Shown piece by piece: positions 56,014 through 64,000 of a stretch of DNA of 64,000 nucleotides. The notes below the pieces were generated by a model that was given only the letters and a program-made list of their open reading frames with translations, did no database searches and was not told the origin of the DNA. This stretch comes from a virus (Duplodnaviria; Heunggongvirae; Uroviricota; Caudoviricetes), in IMG/VR virus record IMGVR_UViG_3300022555_000023, positions 8,095 to 72,094 of that record, one strand, 5' to 3'. Made by a program: the position numbers and the translations under genes. Numbering within the stretch: position 1 is the stretch's first letter; every line of letters begins with the position of its first letter.

Positions 56014-56024
56014 CTTCGACCTCC

Positions 56025-56564
56025 TTACGAATCTGCTCGCACTAAACCACCGTTTCGTATCTTCACCAGCATCGGGTCACCGTGCCGCTTGAACCGCTGG
56101 TAGTGCTTCCGACACATTCCTAATTCAAAGGACTGATCACCACAAAAACATACTACACTAGTTTTCCGCTTTCCTCGTTTCCCGTGCTGCCAGTGCCACT
56201 TAGTATGACATCGCGGGCATAGCGTCATTCGGTTAGACGGATCGTTGTTCTCTTTGTCGCCATCGATGTGATGTGTTCCTAACCGCTTCCGCTGTCGTTT
56301 GCACATCTCGCACCGCCGTTTCTTCGGCAGTTTGCTGTTCCTGGTTGCTACGGTCTCCAGAGACAGCTTCGGCACCTCGATCAGCTTGTAGCCGATGCGC
56401 TCGTTACGGCACAAGGCGACCTGCCGGTCGGCGGGCACGTGCGGCGTCTCGTTGCCGGCACCGACATAGGTCTGCTGCGATACGCCCCACACGTAGAAGG
56501 GCATGATGTATTCACCGTCCACGATCACGTGAACCGTATCGCCGGGTTTCGGTAAGGTAATCAT
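56025..56564 (-). CDS. HNH endonuclease of 179 aa
   Basis: THHIDGDKENNDPSNRMTLCPRCH, preceded by a basic zinc finger. Confidence 0.65.
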   Translation of the reverse strand: MITLPKPGDTVHVIVDGEYIMPFYVWGVSQQTYVGAGNETPHVPADRQVALCRNERIGYKLIEVPKLSLETVATRNSKLPKKRRCEMCKRQRKRLGTHHIDGDKENNDPSNRMTLCPRCHTKWHWQHGKRGKRKTSVVCFCGDQSFELGMCRKHYQRFKRHGDPMLVKIRNGGLVRADS

Positions 56565-56872
56565 CCTAAGTCTTCTCCACAGTTATTACAGCGCATGTCA
56601 GGCTCCAGGGCGTTCACGTTATACCACACCACGCCGCCTGGATGATTTCGCACGCGGCACCAGAAATTCGTCCAACCCGTGCAGCCGTCGAACAGGTATA
56701 GCCACCAACTTAAACTAAACCATTTCATCATCGCATCCACAGGGTTGTTGCTAAATCACCCGGCACTTCGCGGGCCAGACGCACCTTGAAGTCGGGGAAC
56801 GGTACGTCATACACAACCAGTCCAGACACGGTGGCGTTGTACGCGTTGCAGATACGTGGTATAGTGTCTGCT

Positions 56873-57265
56873 ATGGATATCACGTGTAACCTCTGCGGCG
56901 TTCCTCAACCGACCACCGAATTTTCGGGACTACGCAACCGTTCGTATAGATGTAAAACGTGCTGCACAAAAAGGAAAAACGAGTGGCGACGTCAGGTACG
57001 GGTTGCTGTACTACAAATGCTCGGCGGATGTTGCTGCAAATGTGGGTACAACAAACATCCTGAAATATTACAAGCAGATCATATTGTTGCTATCGGCGGC
57101 GGACGTCATAGAACTGGTGATAACACGGTCAGGGCCTATAAAAACCCCGAACTCTACCAACTCATGTGCCCAAACTGCCATGCTCTGAAAACTATCAAGG
57201 ATAAGATCATTCTTCGGAACAAACAGACTAAACATTCAACGCCAAAGGCTACACCCGCCGCTTAG
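56873..57265 (+). CDS. HNH endonuclease of about 130 aa on the plus strand
   Basis: CNLCG..CKTCC zinc finger and LQADHIVAIGGG...MCPNCHALKT. The track ORF 56786..57265 uses a TTG start. The ATG at 56873 is preferred. Confidence 0.55.
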   Translation: MDITCNLCGVPQPTTEFSGLRNRSYRCKTCCTKRKNEWRRQVRVAVLQMLGGCCCKCGYNKHPEILQADHIVAIGGGRHRTGDNTVRAYKNPELYQLMCPNCHALKTIKDKIILRNKQTKHSTPKATPAA

Positions 57266-57994
57266 AATGACCGACATCACCACGTCGCTCGGCACGTCTG
57301 GAAGCAGTTGTATCCTAAGATTCGTAAACTCAACATCATAGACCTTCAGCTTTGGTACGATCACTCGCGTACCACCCATCGCACGCCATTGTTGGAGTGG
57401 GATATTCCACCCATAACCATATCCAAAACTGCCCCATCCGATGGTCTTGCCGTTGCGGGACAGTGCGTTGTTCAGCAGCTTCGGCCCGCGATGTCCGTAA
57501 GCCTTCCAGATCATTCGCAGCGGAACCACAATCACGTCTTGCATTAGCCTGGCAATTTCATGATATAGCTCGGTCTTACTCTCAGCCTTCGAGACCTGGC
57601 AGTGGTGATGCCAGAACCAGTAGCATAACTGGTAGCCGCGGAGGCAGAAGTCGGCGTCCTTGCGCAGGCGGCTCTGATAGATGATCGCCTGGTCAGTGTT
57701 GCCGACCGACTTGCTCTCGAAGAACAGCCGGCGGGAATACTGGATGTCTGGACAAATCTCGCAGCGGCAGTCCGTCCGGAGTCGCACGCTGCTGGTGAGG
57801 CATGCGGTTGCTTCCTCCATGAAATCGCCCACCATCACGCGACACATACCGTGCGTCATCTCTTGCGTATCAAACATCATACGTTGACGTTCAACTGATC
57901 TCGGCTTCGGGAGTTGGTGTCGATTCAGCCTCATGATATCGTCTTTCCGTAACAACTCTTGCGTATTAGCAATAGCTTTGCTACAATAAAGCAA
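57236..57994 (-). CDS. Hypothetical protein of 252 aa. Its C-terminus contains LRIQLLPDVPSD, a weak relative of the tag.
   Basis: ORF. The 3' end overlaps the plus-strand HNH gene. Confidence 0.45.
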   Translation of the reverse strand: MLYCSKAIANTQELLRKDDIMRLNRHQLPKPRSVERQRMMFDTQEMTHGMCRVMVGDFMEEATACLTSSVRLRTDCRCEICPDIQYSRRLFFESKSVGNTDQAIIYQSRLRKDADFCLRGYQLCYWFWHHHCQVSKAESKTELYHEIARLMQDVIVVPLRMIWKAYGHRGPKLLNNALSRNGKTIGWGSFGYGYGWNIPLQQWRAMGGTRVIVPKLKVYDVEFTNLRIQLLPDVPSDVVMSVILSGGCSLWR

Positions 57995-58005
57995 AGGAGA
58001 TAACT

Positions 58006-58479
58006 ATGTCCCGCCACGCCATACCACTTGATGTTAGATTCCACACTGTGCCCAAACGCCGAAGAATCGGAGGATGTTTGATCTGGATGGGCGGAACCAG
58101 AAGTGGCTATGGAATGATAGGATCCGGTGGCACGAACTCGAAGCCACTGTACGCCCACCGCGTCGCTTATGAACTCGCTTACGGCCCAATACCGGATGGT
58201 ATGTATGTCTGTCACCACTGTGATAACCCACCGTGCGTCGAGCCTACACACCTGTTCCTCGGAACACAGCAAGATAACGAAGACGACTGTGTTTCCAAAA
58301 GACGGCACATGCACGGAGCCACCCACTATAACGCTAAGATGACTACACCCCAGGTTATTGAAGCTCGTCTCCTTTACGCGACTGGTGAATTTGGGTACTA
58401 CCGACTCGGAATACGATTTAACGTCAACCCCACAACGATTCGTAACATCATCAAGGGCTATACACGACAGCTTGAATAG
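58006..58479 (+). CDS. HNH endonuclease of 157 aa on the plus strand
   Basis: An AAAGGAGATAACT ribosome-binding site precedes it. HNH core AHRVAYELAYGPIPDGMYVCHHCDNPPCVEPTHLFLGTQQDN. Confidence 0.7.
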   Translation: MSRHAIPLDVRFHTVPKRRRIGGCLIWMGGTRSGYGMIGSGGTNSKPLYAHRVAYELAYGPIPDGMYVCHHCDNPPCVEPTHLFLGTQQDNEDDCVSKRRHMHGATHYNAKMTTPQVIEARLLYATGEFGYYRLGIRFNVNPTTIRNIIKGYTRQLE

Positions 58480-58483
58480 ACGT

Positions 58484-59044
58484 TCAAAATGGGACATCGT
58501 CCACCCTACCACGGTTCGCGGCTATGGTTCGCAGCCTAAGATTCCTATAAGAACAGTTCGCCCTATTCTTATCTCGATGATCTACATCGTAACCATCCGG
58601 TATTAGTTTTCGGCGAACGGCCATGTAAACTAATCTGTGAACCATAGCACCCTTGCGGTGACCGTTCCAGTAGATGCGGACGCTGGGGTAACCATTACGG
58701 TCTAAATCCTGCTTGAGGATGACCCACTGCTTCGTCCACTCGTGACAAACCTTGCGGTGCTTACGAACCACGCCGGTTATCGGATTGACCTTGAGATGAC
58801 CTTCCTCGATCAGTTGTAGTATTTGATCATCGGTCATCCTGCGGTATTTGCGCTCGCGGTAGTTTCGCAGCTTCTCGACGTAGACTGCGTCGGTTCGCCA
58901 TTTGCCGCCGCAGGCAAGGCACTTCACCTCGGAATACTTACTGGCCACCTCGTCGCCGGTCGTCGATGTAGCCACGAACCGCCGCGTGCAAACGTAGTTA
59001 CTCCGGGTTCTACATCCCGGCAGACAGCGGCAGCCTTGAGCCAT
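58484..59044 (-). CDS. HNH endonuclease (HNH_3-like) of 186 aa
   Basis: GYPSVRIYWNGHRKGAMVHRLVYM...DGYDVDHRDKNRANCSYRNLRL. Confidence 0.65.
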   Translation of the reverse strand: MAQGCRCLPGCRTRSNYVCTRRFVATSTTGDEVASKYSEVKCLACGGKWRTDAVYVEKLRNYRERKYRRMTDDQILQLIEEGHLKVNPITGVVRKHRKVCHEWTKQWVILKQDLDRNGYPSVRIYWNGHRKGAMVHRLVYMAVRRKLIPDGYDVDHRDKNRANCSYRNLRLRTIAANRGRVDDVPF

Positions 59045-59203
59045 AGTCTCATCCCTTGGTATTCCTGATGAATGGGCGTAGGAACCACCAGGGACGGCGT
59101 TCGGGCTGACCTGGGATATGGTGAACGAGACCCCACAGCCTGTCGTATTGTTGCTCGCTGAGCTTCAGGCCGTTAACGGCCCGGATAAATGCCCACATGG
59201 TTC

Positions 59204-59416
59204 TCAGCGAGTCCACGGTTCACCTCTGTGGTTTAATCTCATGCGACGGTCGATGATACGTCGGGCCACACGCGATGCGCAGTCCAGATCTTCGGGCGAC
59301 AGAATACCTTGCTGTACAAGCTGAATCATGTGCATCGCCGCCTCATGAATCTTCGGATCATTCTGGTAACGCCGTTCGTCGTCCTCGGCCTGGCAGTTCA
59401 ACGGGTCGTCGTCCAT
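59204..59416 (-). CDS. Hypothetical protein of 70 aa
   Basis: ORF. Confidence 0.4.
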   Translation of the reverse strand: MDDDPLNCQAEDDERRYQNDPKIHEAAMHMIQLVQQGILSPEDLDCASRVARRIIDRRMRLNHRGEPWTR

Positions 59417-59417
59417 A

Positions 59418-59672
59418 TCATTCGTACCTCGGCTTTATTAACCACAGGTCGGGTCGGCCCTGAACTGATGTGATGCTAATAGAATGGGCGAAGGGAAACA
59501 TGGCCTTCGCCTGCTCCATCGCCTCGCCCGTGGTTTTGCCCAACACGATATGAGAATCGGGACGCGTGCTATCGTAAATCTCCGGTGATGACTCCAGCAC
59601 GCCGCGGACGACGAAGCCCACCACGTATCCTACAGCCACCGCAATTCCGGTTACGATCCACATGGCCGTCAC
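59418..59672 (-). CDS. Membrane protein of 84 aa
   Basis: Transmembrane segment MWIVTGIAVAVGYVVGFVV. Confidence 0.45.
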   Translation of the reverse strand: MTAMWIVTGIAVAVGYVVGFVVRGVLESSPEIYDSTRPDSHIVLGKTTGEAMEQAKAMFPFAHSISITSVQGRPDLWLIKPRYE

Positions 59673-59675
59673 CTC

Positions 59676-60248
59676 CTAGCGACGTCCGCGTCGTGCCGCC
59701 CAGCGAGCAAATAGGCCCTGGCGTTCGCGCCCGCCCCGTGACGATCCGTACTGATCACCCTGCGGTGTCGTTTCAGGGGCGACGGCTGGGGGCGTCTGGC
59801 CGACTTCGCGTCGGGCCTCGGCTGTTTGCAGGGGATGCGTGATAGCCCGCACAGCGTTTGCCACAGGGCCGTTGGGTCGATTGCCCACGAATAACTGGCA
59901 GAACTTGACCCCGTTGTTGTATGACGCTGCGGCCCCGGCGTAGGTAAAGTTGCCGGTTGTATTGCACGCCAGCCAGCCACTGCTGATAGCTCCGCCGTCG
60001 CAGCCGCCGAAGTCGGCCCATGATCCCCTGGGCAGGAACGCGAAGTCGTTCCCGGTGTGGTGATGCATGCCGTAACTGGCACGATAGTCGGCGCAGGCCA
60101 TCGCACCCTGCGTCATCGCTGCGTCCCGCTGGAATGCAGGCATACCGTGCTGGGCACGAATTGCGTTCACTTCATCGAGAGCATCGGTCGCGGCATTGGC
60201 AATGCCCGCAATGCATACGACCACAAAGAACAAAACTGACTTCATCAT
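59676..60248 (-). CDS. Secreted CAP/SCP/PR-1-like domain protein of about 190 aa
   Basis: The start is moved to ATG 60246-60248, which has a GGAGGA ribosome-binding site. Signal peptide MMKSVLFFVVVCIAGIANA, then ALDEVNAIRAQHG, which resembles the N-terminal signature of the CAP family. Confidence 0.55.
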   Translation of the reverse strand: MMKSVLFFVVVCIAGIANAATDALDEVNAIRAQHGMPAFQRDAAMTQGAMACADYRASYGMHHHTGNDFAFLPRGSWADFGGCDGGAISSGWLACNTTGNFTYAGAAASYNNGVKFCQLFVGNRPNGPVANAVRAITHPLQTAEARREVGQTPPAVAPETTPQGDQYGSSRGGRERQGLFARWAARRGRR

Positions 60249-60276
60249 CTTCTTCCTCCTAATGGTGAAATTCGCC

Positions 60277-61470
60277 TTAGCTACCGTACTTCGAGAAGTT
60301 CGGCGAGAATGACTCCTCGATCTTGTCCCACTCGGCCCGCACCACTGCGGACATACGCTTGGATTCGCTAATGTACATTTCACGCGGCTGTTTGTCCAGC
60401 CACTTCAGGTACGTTCCAGGTTTTCGTTCATCGAACAGTTCCCACTTCTTCACCTCAACTAACCAGTCTGCCATCGATTCGATGTCATCGATGCCGTAGT
60501 CAAAGATCACGGGGAACTCGCACTCGCGGAACGGCGGGCCACACTTGTTCTTCTTGCACTTGGCCTTGATGCGAACACCGACCACGCGTTCGATGCCGTT
60601 GACCGAGCGTTTGATCTGGCCAATATGCGACAGCCACACCACCCACGAAGCGTAGAAGTCCAGGGCTTTGCCGCCGGCACGCGTCGCCTTCTCGCCGAAC
60701 GATACATTCAGCTTGTCGCGTAGCTGCGAGATGACTATCAGGGTCACCTTGGCGGAGTTCAAAGGGCCGGCCAGGGTGCGGAAGAACTGTGACATGCGTT
60801 TGGCCTTCGCCATACCGTAACTGGCCTTGTCCATACCGCCATCCAGTTCGGCCTGATCGCTCAGGGCATCAAGGCTATCGATGATATACAAGCCTGGCAC
60901 GCGACGGCGTTCACACTCGGCAATGAAGTCCTTCACGTCCTGAAAGAACACCTCGACGATACGGCACTCCTCGACGAAGCTGATTCTGTCCATCGGCAGT
61001 CCCATGCGGCGGGCATAATTCACATCGAACGCGGCCTCGGCGTCGTTATATCGCGTGATGCCGGTCGGATAGGCGATGGAAAAGTTGGCACACGCCTCGA
61101 TGCATACGCCTGTCTTGTTCGTTGACTGCCAGCCAGCGAAGTTCACCACGCGGCCTTCAGGGAACGCTCCGCCACCACCACCACCAATCTCGCAGTCCAG
61201 AAGGGTACAGCCCGAACCGAATCGTTTAACACGGATATCCTCCATGTCGCCCGTGAGCCCGTAGGCCCCACCGTCGCGTACCAACGGCTCGTCATCGGTA
61301 TCGCGGGCGGTCTTGCGGCGAGTAGCCTTAGCCGTGCGACGTGGGGCTGCACGTGACCCGCGGGCCGGTGTTTCATCTTCGGTTGACTCGACGTCTTCGT
61401 CCTCTTCCTCACGCTGCGGAGGTGGGGGCGTTGCCGTTACGAGACGTCGTCGAACTATTTTCTTCGCCAT
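60277..61470 (-). CDS. uvsX: UvsX/RecA-family recombinase of 397 aa
   Basis: P-loop FAGWQSTNKTG (GxxxxxKT as in T4 UvsX, which has GPSKHFKS), LYIIDSLDAL (RecA strand-exchange region) and an acidic N-terminal extension. Confidence 0.7.
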   Translation of the reverse strand: MAKKIVRRRLVTATPPPPQREEEDEDVESTEDETPARGSRAAPRRTAKATRRKTARDTDDEPLVRDGGAYGLTGDMEDIRVKRFGSGCTLLDCEIGGGGGGAFPEGRVVNFAGWQSTNKTGVCIEACANFSIAYPTGITRYNDAEAAFDVNYARRMGLPMDRISFVEECRIVEVFFQDVKDFIAECERRRVPGLYIIDSLDALSDQAELDGGMDKASYGMAKAKRMSQFFRTLAGPLNSAKVTLIVISQLRDKLNVSFGEKATRAGGKALDFYASWVVWLSHIGQIKRSVNGIERVVGVRIKAKCKKNKCGPPFRECEFPVIFDYGIDDIESMADWLVEVKKWELFDERKPGTYLKWLDKQPREMYISESKRMSAVVRAEWDKIEESFSPNFSKYGS

Positions 61471-61638
61471 GATCTAACCTTCCTGATGCCCCGTATGCAC
61501 AGTCCTATGAAGAAGACATACAACATTCCGGGTGCGGTCAAAATGATGAACGGGAAAGTCCAAATCTTGTGAACTTTCTCCGCCTCGTCGCATACGTCTA
61601 AAAACCAGTTCATAGTTACCTCGGCTGACTAGACACGA

Positions 61639-61887
61639 TCACGGTTGCTTTCCCGTTTCCGTAGTCTGATACCGCATCCGCATCTCGACGCCTGACATAC
61701 CACAGCGAGGACAGCGTTGCCTGATGGAATCGTACTTGAACCAGTACGGCATGAAGAAGCACGGATGCGGTAGGCCACGGAGGCGTTCGCCTGGATCCAT
61801 CCGGTCAGCACTCGCCTGTCGAAGAAGTAGATCGATCTCGGCATCGTCATTATCGACAGGCGAGGTGACCGGACTCGCTGGAACCAT
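61639..61887 (-). CDS. Hypothetical zinc-finger protein of 82 aa (CPRCG)
   Basis: ORF. Confidence 0.35.
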   Translation of the reverse strand: MVPASPVTSPVDNDDAEIDLLLRQASADRMDPGERLRGLPHPCFFMPYWFKYDSIRQRCPRCGMSGVEMRMRYQTTETGKQP

Positions 61888-61982
61888 AGCTCATGATCTC
61901 CATATAAAGCGAGCCCGGCTATTTCGGAATCGCCGCCGGGCGGGGCACGTGCAGGCCCCTCAGAGACCGTCGTCATCTGCAT

Positions 61983-62457
61983 GCCTGCACTTGTTCATTC
62001 TGCCGTAGAACGATCATATCGTTCGCGCCTGCATGTCGTTGACGCATTGCTGGCTTAACCGTTTTCGATACCATCGGTCGCTACGAGCTACCTACTGCAT
62101 CGTTCGTATCTAACCACCTCCGCTATCACCGTAGTATGCTAGGTAGGAGTGCAAACCCAGCGCGTCTACGAGCACATCGTCGTCTGATCCAAGAACAAAC
62201 CCGTCGCTTCGCAATCGGGTGGTGAAGGCTGGTCTCGCAGGCAACCCTGCCGCCTTGCGTTGACAGGCCATGCTGCGGTCGAGTGGAACGCCCATCAGGT
62301 GTGCTCAAGCGCGTCCATCCCAATCCGTCCTGATTCCGGCCAGCCCTCACCACCCGCCTCTCCCCCACTGGGACTGAGAGGCGAAGCCTTGCGGCTACCC
62401 ACCAGTCTACCCGTCGCCGGGTTTTCCTTCTAGTGCAGGTAGTCGCAATCATTCGGT
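61983..62457 (-). other. Structured non-coding region of 475 bp between the SSB and UvsX genes. It may be a regulatory RNA, a 5' leader or an origin.
   Basis: No ORF of 60 aa or longer on the coding strand. There are nested inverted repeats, for example cctctc(13-nt loop)gagagg at 62364-62388, gcagg(caac)cctgc near 62231-62244, and a long-range pair gggtggtgaagg at 62213-62224 with cctcaccaccc at 62344-62354. Confidence 0.3.
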
Positions 62458-63780
62458 TCAGCTTTCGCTGCGGCGGCGTCCCTCGGCCACGCGATCCCGC
62501 AAGCTCGTGCGTGCGGGCGGGGCGTCGTCGGCATCGGCGTCGCGGCTTCGGCTGCGGGTCTCGCGGGCCGGTGGGTCAGTAGCCTCCTCGGCAGCACGGC
62601 TGCTGCGGCGGCGGGCTGGCGGGGCGTCGTCGTGGCCCGTGTCGCGGGCTGGCGGCGGGTCACGGTCGTCATCGACGTCCGCGTCGGCTTCTCGGCTGCG
62701 GCCCCCGTTGCGGCCAGCACGGGCCGGTGGCGGGTCATCGTCGTGGTCGTCGCGGTCGCGTCCTCGCCCACGTGCGGGCGGCGGATCATCATCAACGTCA
62801 GCGTCGCGTCCCCGGATCGCCGGTCGGCGGGCTCGGTTGTCGTCATCGTCGTCGGCGATATCGCGTGCTCGGCTACGGCTGCCGCGATCACCATCGTCGT
62901 CGTCGCGGGCGTGCCTGCGGTCGTCACCGCGATTTCCACCGCCTCGGCGATCATCTCCACCTTCGTCGCGGTTGCGGCGTTGCCCGGCCAGAGCAGCCTT
63001 GATGTGCTCATAGTCGTGGAAGGTGAGAAGCTCGGGAATCGGATTCTCGGCGATGGTACGCAACCAGTCGTCCTGACGGTCAGGGTTGTCGCTCAGCGGC
63101 GTGCTGCGGCGAGCAATGGCGATGCCACCGTACTTCGTCTTGATGCCGGTGCCGGTCACAGAAAACTCGATGTCGAATCCCTCCTCGGGATGATCGATGC
63201 ACACGGCTTCGCGGGTTTCCTTGTCCATGCTCAGCTTGTTCAAGTCGCGGTCCATCGACCACGCCATGTTCCAAAGCTGCGGGCCACTGTTGCGTTCGTC
63301 GCGGTCGATCACGTATGCGATCACCCGCTTTGTCGGCTGAAGGTTGCGGATGTAATCGTCGAAGTCCTTATCCGCCATCGACATCCCAGCAGCACCCAGT
63401 GCGGCGACGCGTTCACGCTCTTCGCACACCGGGCAGGCTTCGCCCTTCATCTTCTTCAGGCAGAAGTACTTCTGATTGTCCGCGCCCACGCTGAAGTGAA
63501 CATAGACCTCCAGGCCAAAGTCATCGGCACCTTCCGGATCCCAGTCGTCGGAACGTGTGGGATGGACGATCCCCAGTTCTTCCAGCAGATGATCGTTCCA
63601 CGACGGCGGGCAGATACGCAGCCGCCAGTCGCCCTCCTTGATGGAGACGACGTCAACATCGCTGCGGAACAGCGAGTCGAAAGCACCACCGCTCTGGTTG
63701 GCACGCCGCTGTACGGTGGCCGATGAGCGTTCGCGGTATTGAAAACCGCCGCGATTTCGGTCGTTGCCTCTTGTAGGCAT
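62458..63780 (-). CDS. gp32-like ssDNA-binding protein of 440 aa with a low-complexity C-terminal tail of about 170 aa, rich in Arg and Asp, carrying (D)nPPPAR repeats
   Basis: Zn-site-like CLKKMKGEACPVCEE. The size and acidic tail are typical of gp32. The tail has six PPAR repeats. Confidence 0.6.
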   Translation of the reverse strand: MPTRGNDRNRGGFQYRERSSATVQRRANQSGGAFDSLFRSDVDVVSIKEGDWRLRICPPSWNDHLLEELGIVHPTRSDDWDPEGADDFGLEVYVHFSVGADNQKYFCLKKMKGEACPVCEERERVAALGAAGMSMADKDFDDYIRNLQPTKRVIAYVIDRDERNSGPQLWNMAWSMDRDLNKLSMDKETREAVCIDHPEEGFDIEFSVTGTGIKTKYGGIAIARRSTPLSDNPDRQDDWLRTIAENPIPELLTFHDYEHIKAALAGQRRNRDEGGDDRRGGGNRGDDRRHARDDDDGDRGSRSRARDIADDDDDNRARRPAIRGRDADVDDDPPPARGRGRDRDDHDDDPPPARAGRNGGRSREADADVDDDRDPPPARDTGHDDAPPARRRSSRAAEEATDPPARETRSRSRDADADDAPPARTSLRDRVAEGRRRSES

Positions 63781-64000
63781 GGGTTCACCTCATTGGTTAC
63801 AGGTTCTTGGTTCCAGCGTTACGGGTCGCCTTATCGTCCCGCTTGCTACTCCTACACTAAACACATCTGCCGTTGGCTTCCGCGATCATTCTCGCGAGGT
63901 GCTGTTCATGCGACGTCGCTGGTCCGCCACGGCTTGGCGGGCCTCGTCACCTGCACGTTCTTCGGCGGCACGTCGGTCACCGGCGAGGCTTGCGTTGGCC

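Noticed and set aside
60277-61470. An apparently degenerate Walker A in the RecA-like protein (GWQSTNKT, lacking the second Gly)
   Set aside because: T4 UvsX itself has GPSKHFKS, with the same GxxxxxK[ST] spacing. This is normal for the UvsX subfamily.
464-63726. Many long plus-strand ORFs, for example 464-1063, 942-1550, 2469-3221, 5936-6736, 30413-31231, 39348-40247, 47528-48514 and 62632-63726
   Set aside because: They lie antisense to strongly supported minus-strand genes. They are Arg/Ala/Gly-rich as expected from reading GC-rich DNA out of frame. They lack ribosome-binding sites and operon context. Treated as artefacts.
1-64000. tRNA or tmRNA genes
   Set aside because: A by-eye search for T-loop-like GTTCGA(A/T)TC with flanking stems found only one occurrence, inside a coding ORF near 22040-22060, with no acceptor or T-stem pairing. 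Nothing convincing. A tRNA-finder scan is still recommended.

Overview
This window is about 64 kb of a GC-rich (roughly 60% GC by eye) double-stranded DNA phage genome. It may also be a phage-like element. Nearly every gene is on the minus strand. Genes are packed tightly with many ATGA stop/start overlaps and GGAG-type ribosome-binding sites. ORFs on the plus strand and ORFs lying antisense to minus-strand genes look like artefacts of the GC content.

Reading in the minus-strand transcription direction (right to left), the window holds:
- 64-35 kb: a T4-like replication and recombination module. It has a gp32-like ssDNA-binding protein with an acidic repeat tail, a UvsX/RecA recombinase, a RuvC-like resolvase, an Mre11/SbcD-like nuclease, a Rad50/SbcC-like ATPase, a FEN-type 5'-3' exonuclease, a Dam-class adenine methyltransferase and a protein with a sigma-70 region 4 domain. 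Five HNH homing-endonuclease genes are scattered through it, two of them on the plus strand.
- 42-11.5 kb: a long run of small accessory genes. It includes a GDP-mannose 3,5-epimerase homologue, an SPFH/band-7 lipoprotein, DUF4031, DUF3820, DUF1937 and MmcB-like proteins, and several lipoproteins and secreted proteins.
- 13.7-11.6 kb: a polyamine module made of an S-adenosylmethionine decarboxylase, a spermidine-synthase-like aminopropyltransferase and a SAM methyltransferase.
- 11.5-10.1 kb: about 1.3 kb of mostly non-coding DNA with 15-bp tandem repeats.
- 9.5-0 kb: a putative virion module. Five proteins here, one of them 1259 aa, share eight copies of a peptide motif I could not assign to a family: L-x-L-G-D-V-A-G-H-x-F-H-G-N-Q-Y.

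A second short peptide, M-P-E-RRRIQT at N-termini and RRRIQTLPxxGEL at C-termini, is attached to at least 12 otherwise unrelated proteins.

I found no rRNA, no convincing tRNA and no CRISPR array.
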